The position numbers and the translations under genes were made by a program. The notes below the pieces were generated by a model, which saw only the letters and a list, made by a program, of their open reading frames with translations, was not told the origin of the DNA and did no database searches. Positions 1 to 8,669 of a stretch of 47,405 bases of DNA are shown here, in pieces. The stretch lies in the NCBI GenBank assembly GCA_964519725.1, contig CAZFKS010000001.1, positions 1 through 47,405 of the forward strand. Reading direction: 5' to 3'. Position 1 is the stretch's first letter, and each line of letters opens with the position of its first letter. This DNA is from an uncultured Gammaproteobacteria bacterium (GTDB lineage: Bacteria; Patescibacteriota; Patescibacteriia; Magasanikbacterales; UBA922).

Positions 1-55
1 AACCCGCGACCATCAGCTTAAAAGGCTGCTGCTCTACCAGCTGAGCTACCAGGTC
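1..55 (-). tRNA. tRNA-Lys (anticodon UUU), 3' portion cut by the window edge
   Basis: Reverse complement reads GACCTGG-TA-GCTC-AGCTGGTA-GAGC-A-GCAGC-CTTTTAA-GCTGA-TGGTC-GCGGGTT. That gives acceptor 5' arm, D arm, anticodon loop CU-UUU-AA and the start of the T arm, then the window ends. Confidence 0.85.
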
Positions 56-68
56 GTTAACAGACAAT

Positions 69-97
69 ATGATATACTAATCTCATTAAATCGTCAA
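69..97 (-). promoter_or_regulatory. sigma70-like promoter for tRNA-Lys (TTGACG-17-TATCAT)
   Basis: Minus strand has TTGACG (92-97), a 17-nt spacer and TATCAT (69-74), about 13 nt upstream of the tRNA 5' end at 55. Confidence 0.4.
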
Positions 98-111
98 TAA
101 CTTAGCCGAAT

Positions 112-696
112 ATGAGTGGAATTGTGGATAAAAAGCTTTTTAGTCAGCTCAAGGCCGCTCAATTGGCCTATGCTGGTAAGCGCCGCGAAGTCATAAAACA
201 GAGCGGGGACGCCCAGCATCACGCTAAACGGGCTATTTTTGCCCTCCAGCGGGGTGATAACCAGGAGGCGACTGAGCGACTGGACTCAGCCCGGAAGATT
301 TTTACTCAGCTAGAAAAACAATATAAAAAAGACCCGGGTTTGTTTAGTGAGGGTTCATATCAGGCTGGCCTGGAAGAATTTGTAGAAGCGGATTTATTTC
401 GCCAATTTATTGAAACTAAAAAAATTGGGACCGTTCAAGGACTGAAAGTTTCTAATGATGTGTACATTGCCGGACTCTGCGACGTGCCAGGCGAATTGCA
501 ACGGTACGCGATTCGCGCCGCTACAAATCGTGATTTTAAATTGGCCAAAGAGTGTGCGGACGCTACCACGCAAATTTTACACGAACTGGTGGAATTTAAT
601 TTAACCTCGTATTTGCGGACTAAATTTGATCAAGCCAAACAAGCCATGCACCGTTTGGAACAAGTGGTGTACGAAACTTCGTTACGCGACAAATAA
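112..696 (+). CDS. translin-family protein (archaeal/CPR-type translin-like)
   Basis: 194-aa ORF. All-helical sequence with YIAGLCDVPGELQRYAI and a C-terminal LEQVVYETSL, resembling translin/TRAX signatures. TAACTT lies 8 nt upstream of the ATG. Confidence 0.6.
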   Translation: MSGIVDKKLFSQLKAAQLAYAGKRREVIKQSGDAQHHAKRAIFALQRGDNQEATERLDSARKIFTQLEKQYKKDPGLFSEGSYQAGLEEFVEADLFRQFIETKKIGTVQGLKVSNDVYIAGLCDVPGELQRYAIRAATNRDFKLAKECADATTQILHELVEFNLTSYLRTKFDQAKQAMHRLEQVVYETSLRDK

Positions 697-724
697 AAAA
701 ACGCCTGGTGGCGAAAGGGAATTG

Positions 725-761
725 GCAGGGGGTCAGAGCCAGTGGCTCAACAACCCCCTGC
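725..761. terminator. GC-rich hairpin between convergent genes (8-bp stem GCAGGGGG/CCCCCTGC)
   Basis: 725-732 is perfectly complementary to 754-761 with a 21-nt loop. On the minus strand it is followed by CGCC-ACCA-GGCG plus a T7 run (700-718). Confidence 0.5.
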
Positions 762-762
762 G

Positions 763-1098
763 CTAACGTGGTGCCATGGGATGTAATGGCGGTGGGCGGG
801 GTGTAGGTTTCCAGAAAATGAACACTTGCAGGTAGGCTCCGGCAATAAGCAGAAGCGTCCTCCAGCCAACCCCGAGGGGCAGGCTGAGTGCACCAAGGGT
901 CAGGCTGAGGAAAAAAACCGTGATAGCGAGGGTCATGCGCCGGGTTCCGAAGAACGCCAGCCCAAAACCCATGGTGAGTAGTCCTCCTCGGATGTATCCG
1001 TAGGCCGGGTCAGGGTATGCTCCTGACTCAGCCATGGTTGCGGCCAGTGCGGTCAGGATGACCGCGAAGAACAGAGACGTAGACTTACGGTCGAACAT
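763..1098 (-). CDS. hypothetical polytopic membrane protein (111 aa) encoded in a G+C-rich islet
   Basis: The ORF-track frame was trimmed to the internal ATG at 1098, which has AGGAG (1104-1108) 5 nt upstream. Three to four hydrophobic segments. Codons are TTC/CTG/ATC-biased, unlike the neighbours. Confidence 0.55.
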   Translation of the reverse strand: MFDRKSTSLFFAVILTALAATMAESGAYPDPAYGYIRGGLLTMGFGLAFFGTRRMTLAITVFFLSLTLGALSLPLGVGWRTLLLIAGAYLQVFIFWKPTPRPPPLHPMAPR

Positions 1099-1150
1099 TG
1101 TTTCTCCTGCCTGAGAAGCTCTGGCCGTTAGGCTGGCTTTCAAGCTAATT

Positions 1151-1179
1151 AAACTATCTATTTTTACGGCTTTTGTCAA
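1151..1179 (-). promoter_or_regulatory. promoter of the G+C-rich membrane-protein cassette (TTGACA-17-TAGTTT)
   Basis: Minus strand has TTGACA (1174-1179), a 17-nt spacer and TAGTTT (1151-1156). The predicted leader is about 46 nt and ends in AGGAG-N5-ATG. Confidence 0.5.
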
Positions 1180-1189
1180 TACGTGGAGG

Positions 1190-1218
1190 TTTACGACGTT
1201 GTCGCAGTACGATAAAAT
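1190..1218 (+). promoter_or_regulatory. promoter of murE-like gene (TTTACG-17-TAAAAT), leaderless geometry
   Basis: TTTACG at 1190-1195 and TAAAAT at 1213-1218. The ATG at 1226 is only 7 nt downstream of the -10. Confidence 0.4.
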
Positions 1219-1225
1219 AGTAAGT

Positions 1226-2608
1226 ATGAACTGGAAAAAACTAATTCCGAAAAAAATTCGTAACCTGCGTCACTGGTGGTATGCTTGGTACGGAGCTCGT
1301 AAATACCGTCATCCATCGCAAGAGTTACTGGTGATTGGGGTGACTGGAACGAGTGGTAAATCCACCACGGTTTTTTTGCTCCGCCAAATTTTGGAAGCCG
1401 CGGGTTACCGGGTTGGGTCATTGTCCACCATTGATTTTTACATTGCGGGTGAAAATAAATTAAATGACCAAAAAATGACCATGCTCGGAAAATATGCCAC
1501 GCAAAAATATTTGCGCGAAATGGTTGATAAAAAATGTGATGTGGCGATTGTAGAAACGACCTCTGAAGGGCAATTACAATATCGTAATCGCTATATTGCT
1601 TATGACCTGATGGTCCTAACCAATTTGTACCCAGAACACATTGAAGCGCACGGTGGGTATGAAAATTACAAACAAGCTAAATTAAATATTTTCCGCCGCA
1701 CGTCAACCTACGGTTATGGTAAGGGCCTGCTTGGTGAAGGTTATAAAATTGGAAAATATGGTGCTTTGCACAAAGATTGCTGCTCAGAATTTGAAAAAAC
1801 TTTTATTATAAATGGTGATATAAAAGAAGCGGATGAATTTATTGAAGCGCCAATTTTGGGTGGGCGAATCTTTGTGTTTGGGGAAAACTTAAAAGGCGTG
1901 ACCAAACCAATTCCAGAGGAAAATAAAATTGTGGTGGCTGGAGTGGGGGCAGATAAAGACGGGGTGTTTGGGGTAATTAACCAGCACCTCATGCGCGCAC
2001 CAATGTATGGCGAACACAACATGTTGAATATTACGGCCGCAGTGGCCACGGCGCGGGCACTCGGAATTGATTGGGCAGTATTAGAAAAAGCCGTGCGCAA
2101 TTTACATAATGCGCCTGGTCGCAATGAATTTATTCCTGAAGCGGAAAAGCGTGGGTTTAAAGTAATTGTCGACTATGCGTTTGAACCCAAAGCCATGGCC
2201 GCTTTGTACGAGGTGGTAAAATTATTGGCGCCAAAAAGGGTCATTCATGTGTTTGGTTCCACTGGTGGTGGGCGCGATGTGTCACGTCGTTTTACAGTCG
2301 GTGAATTTGTTGGCCAGCACGCTGATATTTGTATTGTGACTGATGAGGATCCCTATGATGACGAACCACGCGCGATTATGGACGATGTGGCGAGCGCAGT
2401 GCGCAAAACTGGTAAAGTTGATGGTAAAAATTTATTTTTAGTGGTAAATCGTTACACGGCGATTAGTAGGGCCTTACAAATGGCCGAGCCCGGTGATTTA
2501 GTGTTAGTGACAGGCAAGGGAAGTGAACAAGCTATGGTGGTTGCGGGTGGGAAAAAAATTCCGTGGGATGATCGCCAGGTCGTTCGCGATGAATTGGCCA
2601 AATTATAA
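1226..2608 (+). CDS. murE: Mur ligase family protein, MurE-like (UDP-MurNAc-tripeptide synthetase type) with a very short N-terminal region
   Basis: P-loop VIGVTGTSGKSTT, then DVAIVETTSEG, NLYPEHIEAHGG, PGRNEF, GSTGGGRD, VTDEDPYDDEP and TGKGSEQ. An alternative TTG start at 1199 has GGAGG 9 nt upstream. Confidence 0.7.
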   Translation: MNWKKLIPKKIRNLRHWWYAWYGARKYRHPSQELLVIGVTGTSGKSTTVFLLRQILEAAGYRVGSLSTIDFYIAGENKLNDQKMTMLGKYATQKYLREMVDKKCDVAIVETTSEGQLQYRNRYIAYDLMVLTNLYPEHIEAHGGYENYKQAKLNIFRRTSTYGYGKGLLGEGYKIGKYGALHKDCCSEFEKTFIINGDIKEADEFIEAPILGGRIFVFGENLKGVTKPIPEENKIVVAGVGADKDGVFGVINQHLMRAPMYGEHNMLNITAAVATARALGIDWAVLEKAVRNLHNAPGRNEFIPEAEKRGFKVIVDYAFEPKAMAALYEVVKLLAPKRVIHVFGSTGGGRDVSRRFTVGEFVGQHADICIVTDEDPYDDEPRAIMDDVASAVRKTGKVDGKNLFLVVNRYTAISRALQMAEPGDLVLVTGKGSEQAMVVAGGKKIPWDDRQVVRDELAKL

Positions 2609-2609
2609 T

Positions 2610-3308
2610 ATGACTGTCCTGCCTGGACCATTAATTTCGATTATTATTCCGGTGTATAATCGGCCGCTGGAATTTGCGGTCGCACTGGCGTCAGCGGAAG
2701 CGCAAGATTATTTGGCTAAGGAAATTATTGTGGTTGACGATGGCAGTGAGCCAGCGATTACAGTTTCAAATGAAACTATTAAATTAATTCGGCAGAAAAA
2801 TCAGGGTGCGCCTGTGGCGCGGAATGTGGGGGCTAGTTATGCCGCGGGTGAGTATGTAATTTTTTGGGACGCGGATATGACAGCACCAAAAAATTTAATT
2901 TCACAATTATTTTTTGCACTCCAAAATAATCCAGGCGCCAGTTATGCGTACTGTGATCACTGGTTTGGGGAGAAAAAAATGGCGGCCCAAATATTTGACG
3001 CCAAGAAATTAAAAGAACGCAATTACATTGCCACGCCAGCCTTAATTCGCAAAGTCGATTTTCCTGGTTTTGATCCTAGTTTAAAACGCTTTCAAGATTG
3101 GGATTTGTGGTTGACTATGCTCGAACAGAAGAAGGTGGGTGTGTATGTGCCAAATCTTGCGTACACGTTAAAACCAGGCGGAACCATGAGTTCATGGTTA
3201 CCAAAATATGCTTATATGGTGCCATTTAAATGGCTGCCCGGGTTCAAAGAAAAAGTTAAACGCTATGAGGCGGCGCGGCAGGTGATTGTAGAGAAACATA
3301 GTTTATAG
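2610..3308 (+). CDS. family 2 glycosyltransferase
   Basis: Start trimmed to the ATG at 2610, just after the murE stop. ISIIIPVYNRP, VVDDGS and FWDADM (DxD) are typical GT2 motifs. Confidence 0.8.
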   Translation: MTVLPGPLISIIIPVYNRPLEFAVALASAEAQDYLAKEIIVVDDGSEPAITVSNETIKLIRQKNQGAPVARNVGASYAAGEYVIFWDADMTAPKNLISQLFFALQNNPGASYAYCDHWFGEKKMAAQIFDAKKLKERNYIATPALIRKVDFPGFDPSLKRFQDWDLWLTMLEQKKVGVYVPNLAYTLKPGGTMSSWLPKYAYMVPFKWLPGFKEKVKRYEAARQVIVEKHSL

Positions 3309-4641
3309 CCACGAAGGTAAAGACGAAAAAGAGTACGCCAAAGCCCTGAAATAGGGCCGGCGTGGTGAGATTGATAATGCCAAGTGAAATTATGCCAGCT
3401 AAAAGGCCGCGTTCTAACGGCGCGGTTTTTTGATACGCAGCGCGGGCCAGTGGAAACAGGGCATAACCCAAACTGCCAAGCCAAATCACTGTGCCCAGAC
3501 TTCCCAGTTCAGCGAGCATTTCAAGATAGCCCCAATCAAATTGCGTGCGGGTGACACTTTGTTGAGTGACAGGATCAACATACGTAATCGTGGCGCCAAG
3601 GCCTGTTCCAAACCAAGGGTTGGTTTTAATTTGGCGGAGTGCGTCTGGTAAAATAGCCAAGCGAATTGCACCACTAACATCACTAGTTGGCGCGGCGGTG
3701 CCAAGTGCGCGGACACCAAGCAGTTCTAAACCAGTTGACCCTCCGCGACTAACAATGATATTTAGTGAAGTGAAAATAAGGGTCCAACCAATAACAGTAA
3801 TGGTCGAAACTTTTAACCATTGTTTTAGCGGTGCTTTAAAACCAAGGACAATTATGATCGCTGCTAGACTTAATAAATAAATGCGCGAAAAATTTAAGGC
3901 CAGAGTGGTTAAACTTAAACCAAGCCAGAGCCAATTTTTTTTCTCAGTTGGTTTGTAAATTAACCAGGCAATTAAAATCGCAATGATCGGTATGAGTAGG
4001 GTTTGTTCAGATAGTACCACACGGAAAAAATTGTGGCCCAAATCAGTGATTTTGCCGCCCGCACTGTTTCGAAACCAGTGGTAATAAAAATCAGGTAAAG
4101 TGCCAATTTTACTAGCGTAAAGGCCAAGTGTTAAAAGAGAGAAAAAGGTTGAACCAAGAATCCAAGTTTTGCCTGCCGTAATAATTTTATTTACTTCATA
4201 TTTATAGTCTAGAGCTGGAAAAAGCAGGGCAAAAAAACCAAACGCAATGGCGTCTTGCAATGCGGCTAATTTTGTATGACCAGAAATAAAACCATGGAAT
4301 AAACTAAATACAATAATTATTCCGGTGCAACTTAAAAAAAGTAATTGTTCTTTTGGTAAAACTTTAAAATTCATCTTGCCTTTTTTCTGCCCTAACCAAA
4401 CTGCGGCAAAAATTCCCAAAAACCAAGTGCGCAAAATCAGGCCCTGGAACTCAAAAAAATGTCCGGCCCCGCCCAGAAACAATTCAAATAATAAAATAAA
4501 CCAGGCCTGGCGCTGGTTTTTAAAGCAAATAAGCGTGAACACAATGATCGCAAGCCCGGCCAAAATTTCATTGGCCAGTAAAGTGTAAGTTAACAATGAC
4601 AAACCCCGCACTAAAACATAGCTGACAAAAAGAGTCAGCAT
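3256..4641 (-). CDS. O-antigen ligase/Wzy_C-family polytopic membrane protein
   Basis: 461 aa with at least 10 hydrophobic segments and a large loop carrying PWFGTGLGA. The 3' end overlaps the convergent GT2 gene by 53 nt. Confidence 0.65.
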   Translation of the reverse strand: MLTLFVSYVLVRGLSLLTYTLLANEILAGLAIIVFTLICFKNQRQAWFILLFELFLGGAGHFFEFQGLILRTWFLGIFAAVWLGQKKGKMNFKVLPKEQLLFLSCTGIIIVFSLFHGFISGHTKLAALQDAIAFGFFALLFPALDYKYEVNKIITAGKTWILGSTFFSLLTLGLYASKIGTLPDFYYHWFRNSAGGKITDLGHNFFRVVLSEQTLLIPIIAILIAWLIYKPTEKKNWLWLGLSLTTLALNFSRIYLLSLAAIIIVLGFKAPLKQWLKVSTITVIGWTLIFTSLNIIVSRGGSTGLELLGVRALGTAAPTSDVSGAIRLAILPDALRQIKTNPWFGTGLGATITYVDPVTQQSVTRTQFDWGYLEMLAELGSLGTVIWLGSLGYALFPLARAAYQKTAPLERGLLAGIISLGIINLTTPALFQGFGVLFFVFTFVAINYVSLQSPAAPPHSV

Positions 4642-4642
4642 A

Positions 4643-5560
4643 CTAACCGAGTTTAGTGTCTTTTAATCCAGGGTAACCCGCCAAATATTCTTTGGCCGTG
4701 AGAGCGTTTTTACCTTCCAGTTGTAGCTTTTTAATTTCTAGGGCGCCGCGACCAGTGCCAACTAATAATTGATTATTCTTGAAAGCAGTTTGGCCTGGTG
4801 CTAGGGTTTCATTTTCTAGGAGACCGAGTTCTAATAATTTTACGCGCTTGCCACTCCACGTGGTCCAAACCCCAGGCCACGGAAAAAAGGCGCGGTAACT
4901 AGTGTAAATTTTGTGGGCTGAGTCAGTCCAATTTATGTGCCCACTGTCACGATCCAGTTTGCCACAGGTAGAAGCGAGTGAGTTGTCTTGTTTGATTGGT
5001 TTAATTGAACCATTCGCCAAACCTTCAATTGCAAGTTTTAAATTTTTGGCTGCGATTTTGGCTAAATTATTTTCCACAATTGGATACGTATCATCAGGCT
5101 GGATAGTAATTTTTTCTTGCAGCAAGATTGGGCCAGTATCCATGCCTTTGTCTAATTGCATAATGGTTAGACCAGTTTCCGGATCATTATTTAACATGGC
5201 GGCCTGGACTGGTGACGCCCCGCGGTACTTGGGTAAGAGCGAAGTGTGAGTATTGAGCATGCCATGCACTGGCCAGTTTAAAATTTCTTCAGGAATTAAA
5301 TTTCCGTATTGGGAAACAATCCCATAATCGGGTTTTGGTAAATTGGTGACCGAAAAGTTTTTCAAAGTCTCAGGCTGAAAGACCGGCAAATTATGCGCGA
5401 GCGCCAAAACTTTTACTGGCGGGGGAGTTACAATATTTTTCCGTCCTACCGGTCGGTCAGGTTGGGTTATGACTGCAGTAACAGTAAAAAACGGGTCAGC
5501 CAATAAATCGGCTAACACAGTTTCGGCAAAATCATGAGTGCCAAAAAAAACAATGTTCAT
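4643..5560 (-). CDS. fmt: methionyl-tRNA formyltransferase
   Basis: MNIVFFGT, HGMLNTHTSLLPKYRGASP and the C-terminal Fmt domain. Sits directly downstream of def. Confidence 0.9.
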   Translation of the reverse strand: MNIVFFGTHDFAETVLADLLADPFFTVTAVITQPDRPVGRKNIVTPPPVKVLALAHNLPVFQPETLKNFSVTNLPKPDYGIVSQYGNLIPEEILNWPVHGMLNTHTSLLPKYRGASPVQAAMLNNDPETGLTIMQLDKGMDTGPILLQEKITIQPDDTYPIVENNLAKIAAKNLKLAIEGLANGSIKPIKQDNSLASTCGKLDRDSGHINWTDSAHKIYTSYRAFFPWPGVWTTWSGKRVKLLELGLLENETLAPGQTAFKNNQLLVGTGRGALEIKKLQLEGKNALTAKEYLAGYPGLKDTKLG

Positions 5561-5561
5561 G

Positions 5562-6131
5562 TTAGTCAGTGATTTTTTTAATATTATCTAAGACCACTTC
5601 AGCTGCTAATTTTTTCTTGTGTTCACCATGGTATAGGTCTGGAGCGCGATCAATAAATAAAACCCCGTTTAAATGATCAACTTCGTGTTGAATGACGCGG
5701 GCAAAAAAGTTTTTGGCGGCAAATTCAATTGGTTCACCGGTTTCAGAGAGCGCAGTCACGTAAATTTCTTGGTACCGTTTTACTTCACCATAATAACCTG
5801 GCACTGACAAACAACCTTCAGAATCTTTGGCAAATTTTTTGGTGAGTTTTTGGTACACAGGATTTACCAGGACCAAATCTTTTTTCTTAGGATCAAAACC
5901 AGTTTTGTCTGGTCGTTTGTCGCGGTGAAGCGCGTCCTTACCAATAATACACAGACGCACATTTACTCCAACTTGGGGAGCGGCGAGACCAATCCCATCA
6001 TTAGCATACATGGCTGGGACCATGTCCACGATTAATTTTTGAATTTCTGGTGACAGGATTTCTTTTTTGGTCAGTTCACGCGATCGATCACGCAAAGTTT
6101 GAGTTGGTAGCATGGTAATTGGCAGGGTCAT
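5562..6131 (-). CDS. def: peptide deformylase
   Basis: GIGLAAPQVG, EGCLSVPG and QHEVDHLNG, the three PDF motifs. Confidence 0.92.
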   Translation of the reverse strand: MTLPITMLPTQTLRDRSRELTKKEILSPEIQKLIVDMVPAMYANDGIGLAAPQVGVNVRLCIIGKDALHRDKRPDKTGFDPKKKDLVLVNPVYQKLTKKFAKDSEGCLSVPGYYGEVKRYQEIYVTALSETGEPIEFAAKNFFARVIQHEVDHLNGVLFIDRAPDLYHGEHKKKLAAEVVLDNIKKITD

Positions 6132-6132
6132 A

Positions 6133-7875
6133 TTAGTGCGGTGAAGTCAGAGAAATTGGGTTAGGGTCGATTTTAATAGGGGTAGATAAAAATTGATTGG
6201 CCCAAGTGGTAGCGGCTAAAATGTCTGGCTCAGTAATTTTTAACATTAGAATGGCCCAGGCCTTATTTTGAAAGCGTGCGTTCGCTGCAATTGGGCCCTG
6301 GATTATAAGCTTTTTTGGGGTTTTAGTCAATGCTTGGTTAATGACTTGTTTAATTTTTTTTGCAGCGATGTCAGCGTCTGTTTCACTGGCACCAGGCACC
6401 AAATACCGGACCAAATACGCGTATGGTGGGTAACTCAGCCCGGCCCGTTCCTGTAATTCGCGGTTATACCAAGCCGTGTCATTGGTGAGTGAAAGTAAGA
6501 GTGGGTGCTCAGTTTCTGATTGAATGAACAGGGGGGCGGCGCAGAAAAATTGGAGTTGCCGAATGCGGTGACGCAAATTTTCTTGGGACAAATAGTCGGG
6601 GAACATTACTTGGCGCGTAAAATCAAGAATTGCAACCAACTTAATTGTATCATAATTAACTGCGCGGAGCAGGGCCCAAGTGCCAACTAAAACACGTGGT
6701 TTGGTGCGCTCAGGTAGTTCCGAAGTTTTATCAAAAGTAATTATTTCCGCATCACTACCTAATTCGGTTTGTAAAAATTTCGCCACAGAATTAATAGTGT
6801 GACCAAGTTGCACCAGTCTAATCCCACCACAATACGGGCAAAGTTCTGGTAATGGCGCTTCAACCGTGCGACTGCAGTCGCGACAAAAACCAAATTTTCC
6901 CGGTTTAGTTTGATTATAAATTAATAAACAATCACCGTTTTCCAAGGCTAATTTAATTGCGTTTAAAGTTGGTGTAAACACTGGTTGATTATTTCCCGCA
7001 TCGCGGTACACAATGGTTGGAGCCGGAAAATTTTGGCTGGGCTCAGTAATTAATTGGTAGCGTTTCTCCTGAATAAAAAAATAACTACTTACACTCGGTG
7101 AATAACTTAGTTCAGTGTACTGTAAACCAAAACGTTTAGCCTGTAGCTTAGCCAAATCTTTGGTCGTAAAACGCGGGGCCTGGTCAGCGTGCTTGTGCTG
7201 CTCATCATGCTCAAAGTCAATAATAATGCGGTCAAAATTCTGAATTGGCCACCAGAGCGCACCACGCGTAGCAATCACGGTTTCTACTTCATCATTACGA
7301 ATGGCAAACCAGAGTTCGCGCTCATTTTTTTGATTAGCTTCGCCATGTACAATTGCCTTATTTTTTCGTTCAGCGGGCAGAGCATTTTTTACTACGAGTA
7401 AATCTTTTACTTCTGGGACAATAATTAATAATTTTTCACCAGTATATTTACTAAGTGCGGCGGTGTGTTCTTCGTTAGTTTTGTACCAACCATAATCTGG
7501 AGTGGTGCGTACTGATTTTTTTTTAGTAAGGGGCTTAATGATTTCCGCCTTGATTTTACTAGGTTGAATTGGGGGTAAGGCCCGTTTGAGAACAGTGGCG
7601 AGTGACACTCCGTAAAAAAAAGCCAGTTCTTCTAAAAATTGTAAATAGTCACTACTAATGAGCGGTACTGGATTAACAATTTCGGTAATTGATTTTAAAG
7701 CAGTATTATTAGTGCGCGAAATTTTTCCAACCACGCCAAGAATTTCAGATTTTTGAAACGGAATTTTGACACACTGCCCAAGTTGCAATTTAGGTTGCAA
7801 TTCTGCGGGCACGGCATAACTAAAAAAAGCCAACCCCCGTGGCAGAGCGCGCAGTGGCAAAATCTCGGCCACCAT
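6133..7875 (-). CDS. priA: PriA-like primosomal protein N' (reduced form, no recognisable Walker A)
   Basis: N-terminal 3'-DNA-binding-like region, IIIDFEHDEQHK (DEEH-box position), a single CxxC...CxxC zinc motif (CRDCSRT...CPYCGG) and a PriA-like C-terminal domain. No GKT or GKS anywhere in the protein. Confidence 0.7.
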   Translation of the reverse strand: MVAEILPLRALPRGLAFFSYAVPAELQPKLQLGQCVKIPFQKSEILGVVGKISRTNNTALKSITEIVNPVPLISSDYLQFLEELAFFYGVSLATVLKRALPPIQPSKIKAEIIKPLTKKKSVRTTPDYGWYKTNEEHTAALSKYTGEKLLIIVPEVKDLLVVKNALPAERKNKAIVHGEANQKNERELWFAIRNDEVETVIATRGALWWPIQNFDRIIIDFEHDEQHKHADQAPRFTTKDLAKLQAKRFGLQYTELSYSPSVSSYFFIQEKRYQLITEPSQNFPAPTIVYRDAGNNQPVFTPTLNAIKLALENGDCLLIYNQTKPGKFGFCRDCSRTVEAPLPELCPYCGGIRLVQLGHTINSVAKFLQTELGSDAEIITFDKTSELPERTKPRVLVGTWALLRAVNYDTIKLVAILDFTRQVMFPDYLSQENLRHRIRQLQFFCAAPLFIQSETEHPLLLSLTNDTAWYNRELQERAGLSYPPYAYLVRYLVPGASETDADIAAKKIKQVINQALTKTPKKLIIQGPIAANARFQNKAWAILMLKITEPDILAATTWANQFLSTPIKIDPNPISLTSPH

Positions 7876-7876
7876 A

Positions 7877-8668
7877 TTAAAAGTGGAAAATTCCCGTCAA
7901 GTAGCCGACTCCAAACGGAGCTTCGTAGGCTAGGGTTTCAAACTGGGAATCAATGCCTTTGAGTGCGCCTAGTAAAACTAAGATCGAGCGGTACCCACAT
8001 TCATCAGCGTTTTTTACGAGCTGCGGGTCAAGGTTAGCCAGCCCAACGGTGTTCCGTGAGCCCAGTAAATCGCGCACTAAGCGGTCAAACTCTTTGCCTT
8101 GCGGGTGAAATTTACCCGGTGCCCGCGCAGACAGTGTGTGCGACAAATCACCTGAGGCAATAATCGCGGCCCGAATACCTTCGGCTTCAACAGTTTCTTT
8201 AATTAATTCGCCAAACTCTAAGTGTTCAACTGGTGACAGCCCACTAAAACCAACGGGCAAAATCTTTAAATCAGGATTATGTGCAGTCAAAGTTAAGAGG
8301 GGAATACTGGCCCCATAATCTAAACCTTCTTCGCTCACCAAGCGCACCGGTAAATCCGCGTGATTTTTGTGGTGAGCAATTTTGGCCGCCAATTCAGGCG
8401 TGCCTTTCCAATTGCGGTCAGTTTCAACGTCACCAAATTCCGTGAGGTGCGGCCAAAAGTTTGGGTTAGCATTAACCGTAAAAGCATTATCAAACAGGCC
8501 GGTGTGCGGGGAAATAATAATTAAGACCTGTGGTTTGGCCGCGTATAAATCCTGTTCCAGGCGTTCAAGTGCGGCCCTGGTTTCACCTAAGCGAACACGA
8601 GCATTTTCTGGTGCATTACCAAGTAAAGCTGGGGTGTGAGGAGTAATTCCGGCAAAAACAAGTGACAT
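7877..8668 (-). CDS. class III extradiol dioxygenase / LigB-Memo-like family protein
   Basis: 263 aa with N-terminal FAGITPHTP, IIISPH and SGDLSH, a layout typical of the LigB/AmmeMemoRadiSam-B fold. Confidence 0.6.
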   Translation of the reverse strand: MSLVFAGITPHTPALLGNAPENARVRLGETRAALERLEQDLYAAKPQVLIIISPHTGLFDNAFTVNANPNFWPHLTEFGDVETDRNWKGTPELAAKIAHHKNHADLPVRLVSEEGLDYGASIPLLTLTAHNPDLKILPVGFSGLSPVEHLEFGELIKETVEAEGIRAAIIASGDLSHTLSARAPGKFHPQGKEFDRLVRDLLGSRNTVGLANLDPQLVKNADECGYRSILVLLGALKGIDSQFETLAYEAPFGVGYLTGIFHF

Positions 8669-8669
8669 A

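Noticed and set aside
1741-2124. Numerous 60-150-aa ORFs antisense to or nested in annotated genes (for example 1191-1421, 1741-2124, 3430-3880, 12372-12752, 16159-16611, 17828-18181, 24315-24743, 29182-29451)
   Set aside because: All lie within longer ORFs that carry recognisable family motifs. They have low-complexity or atypical composition and lack start-site signals, so they are treated as shadow frames.
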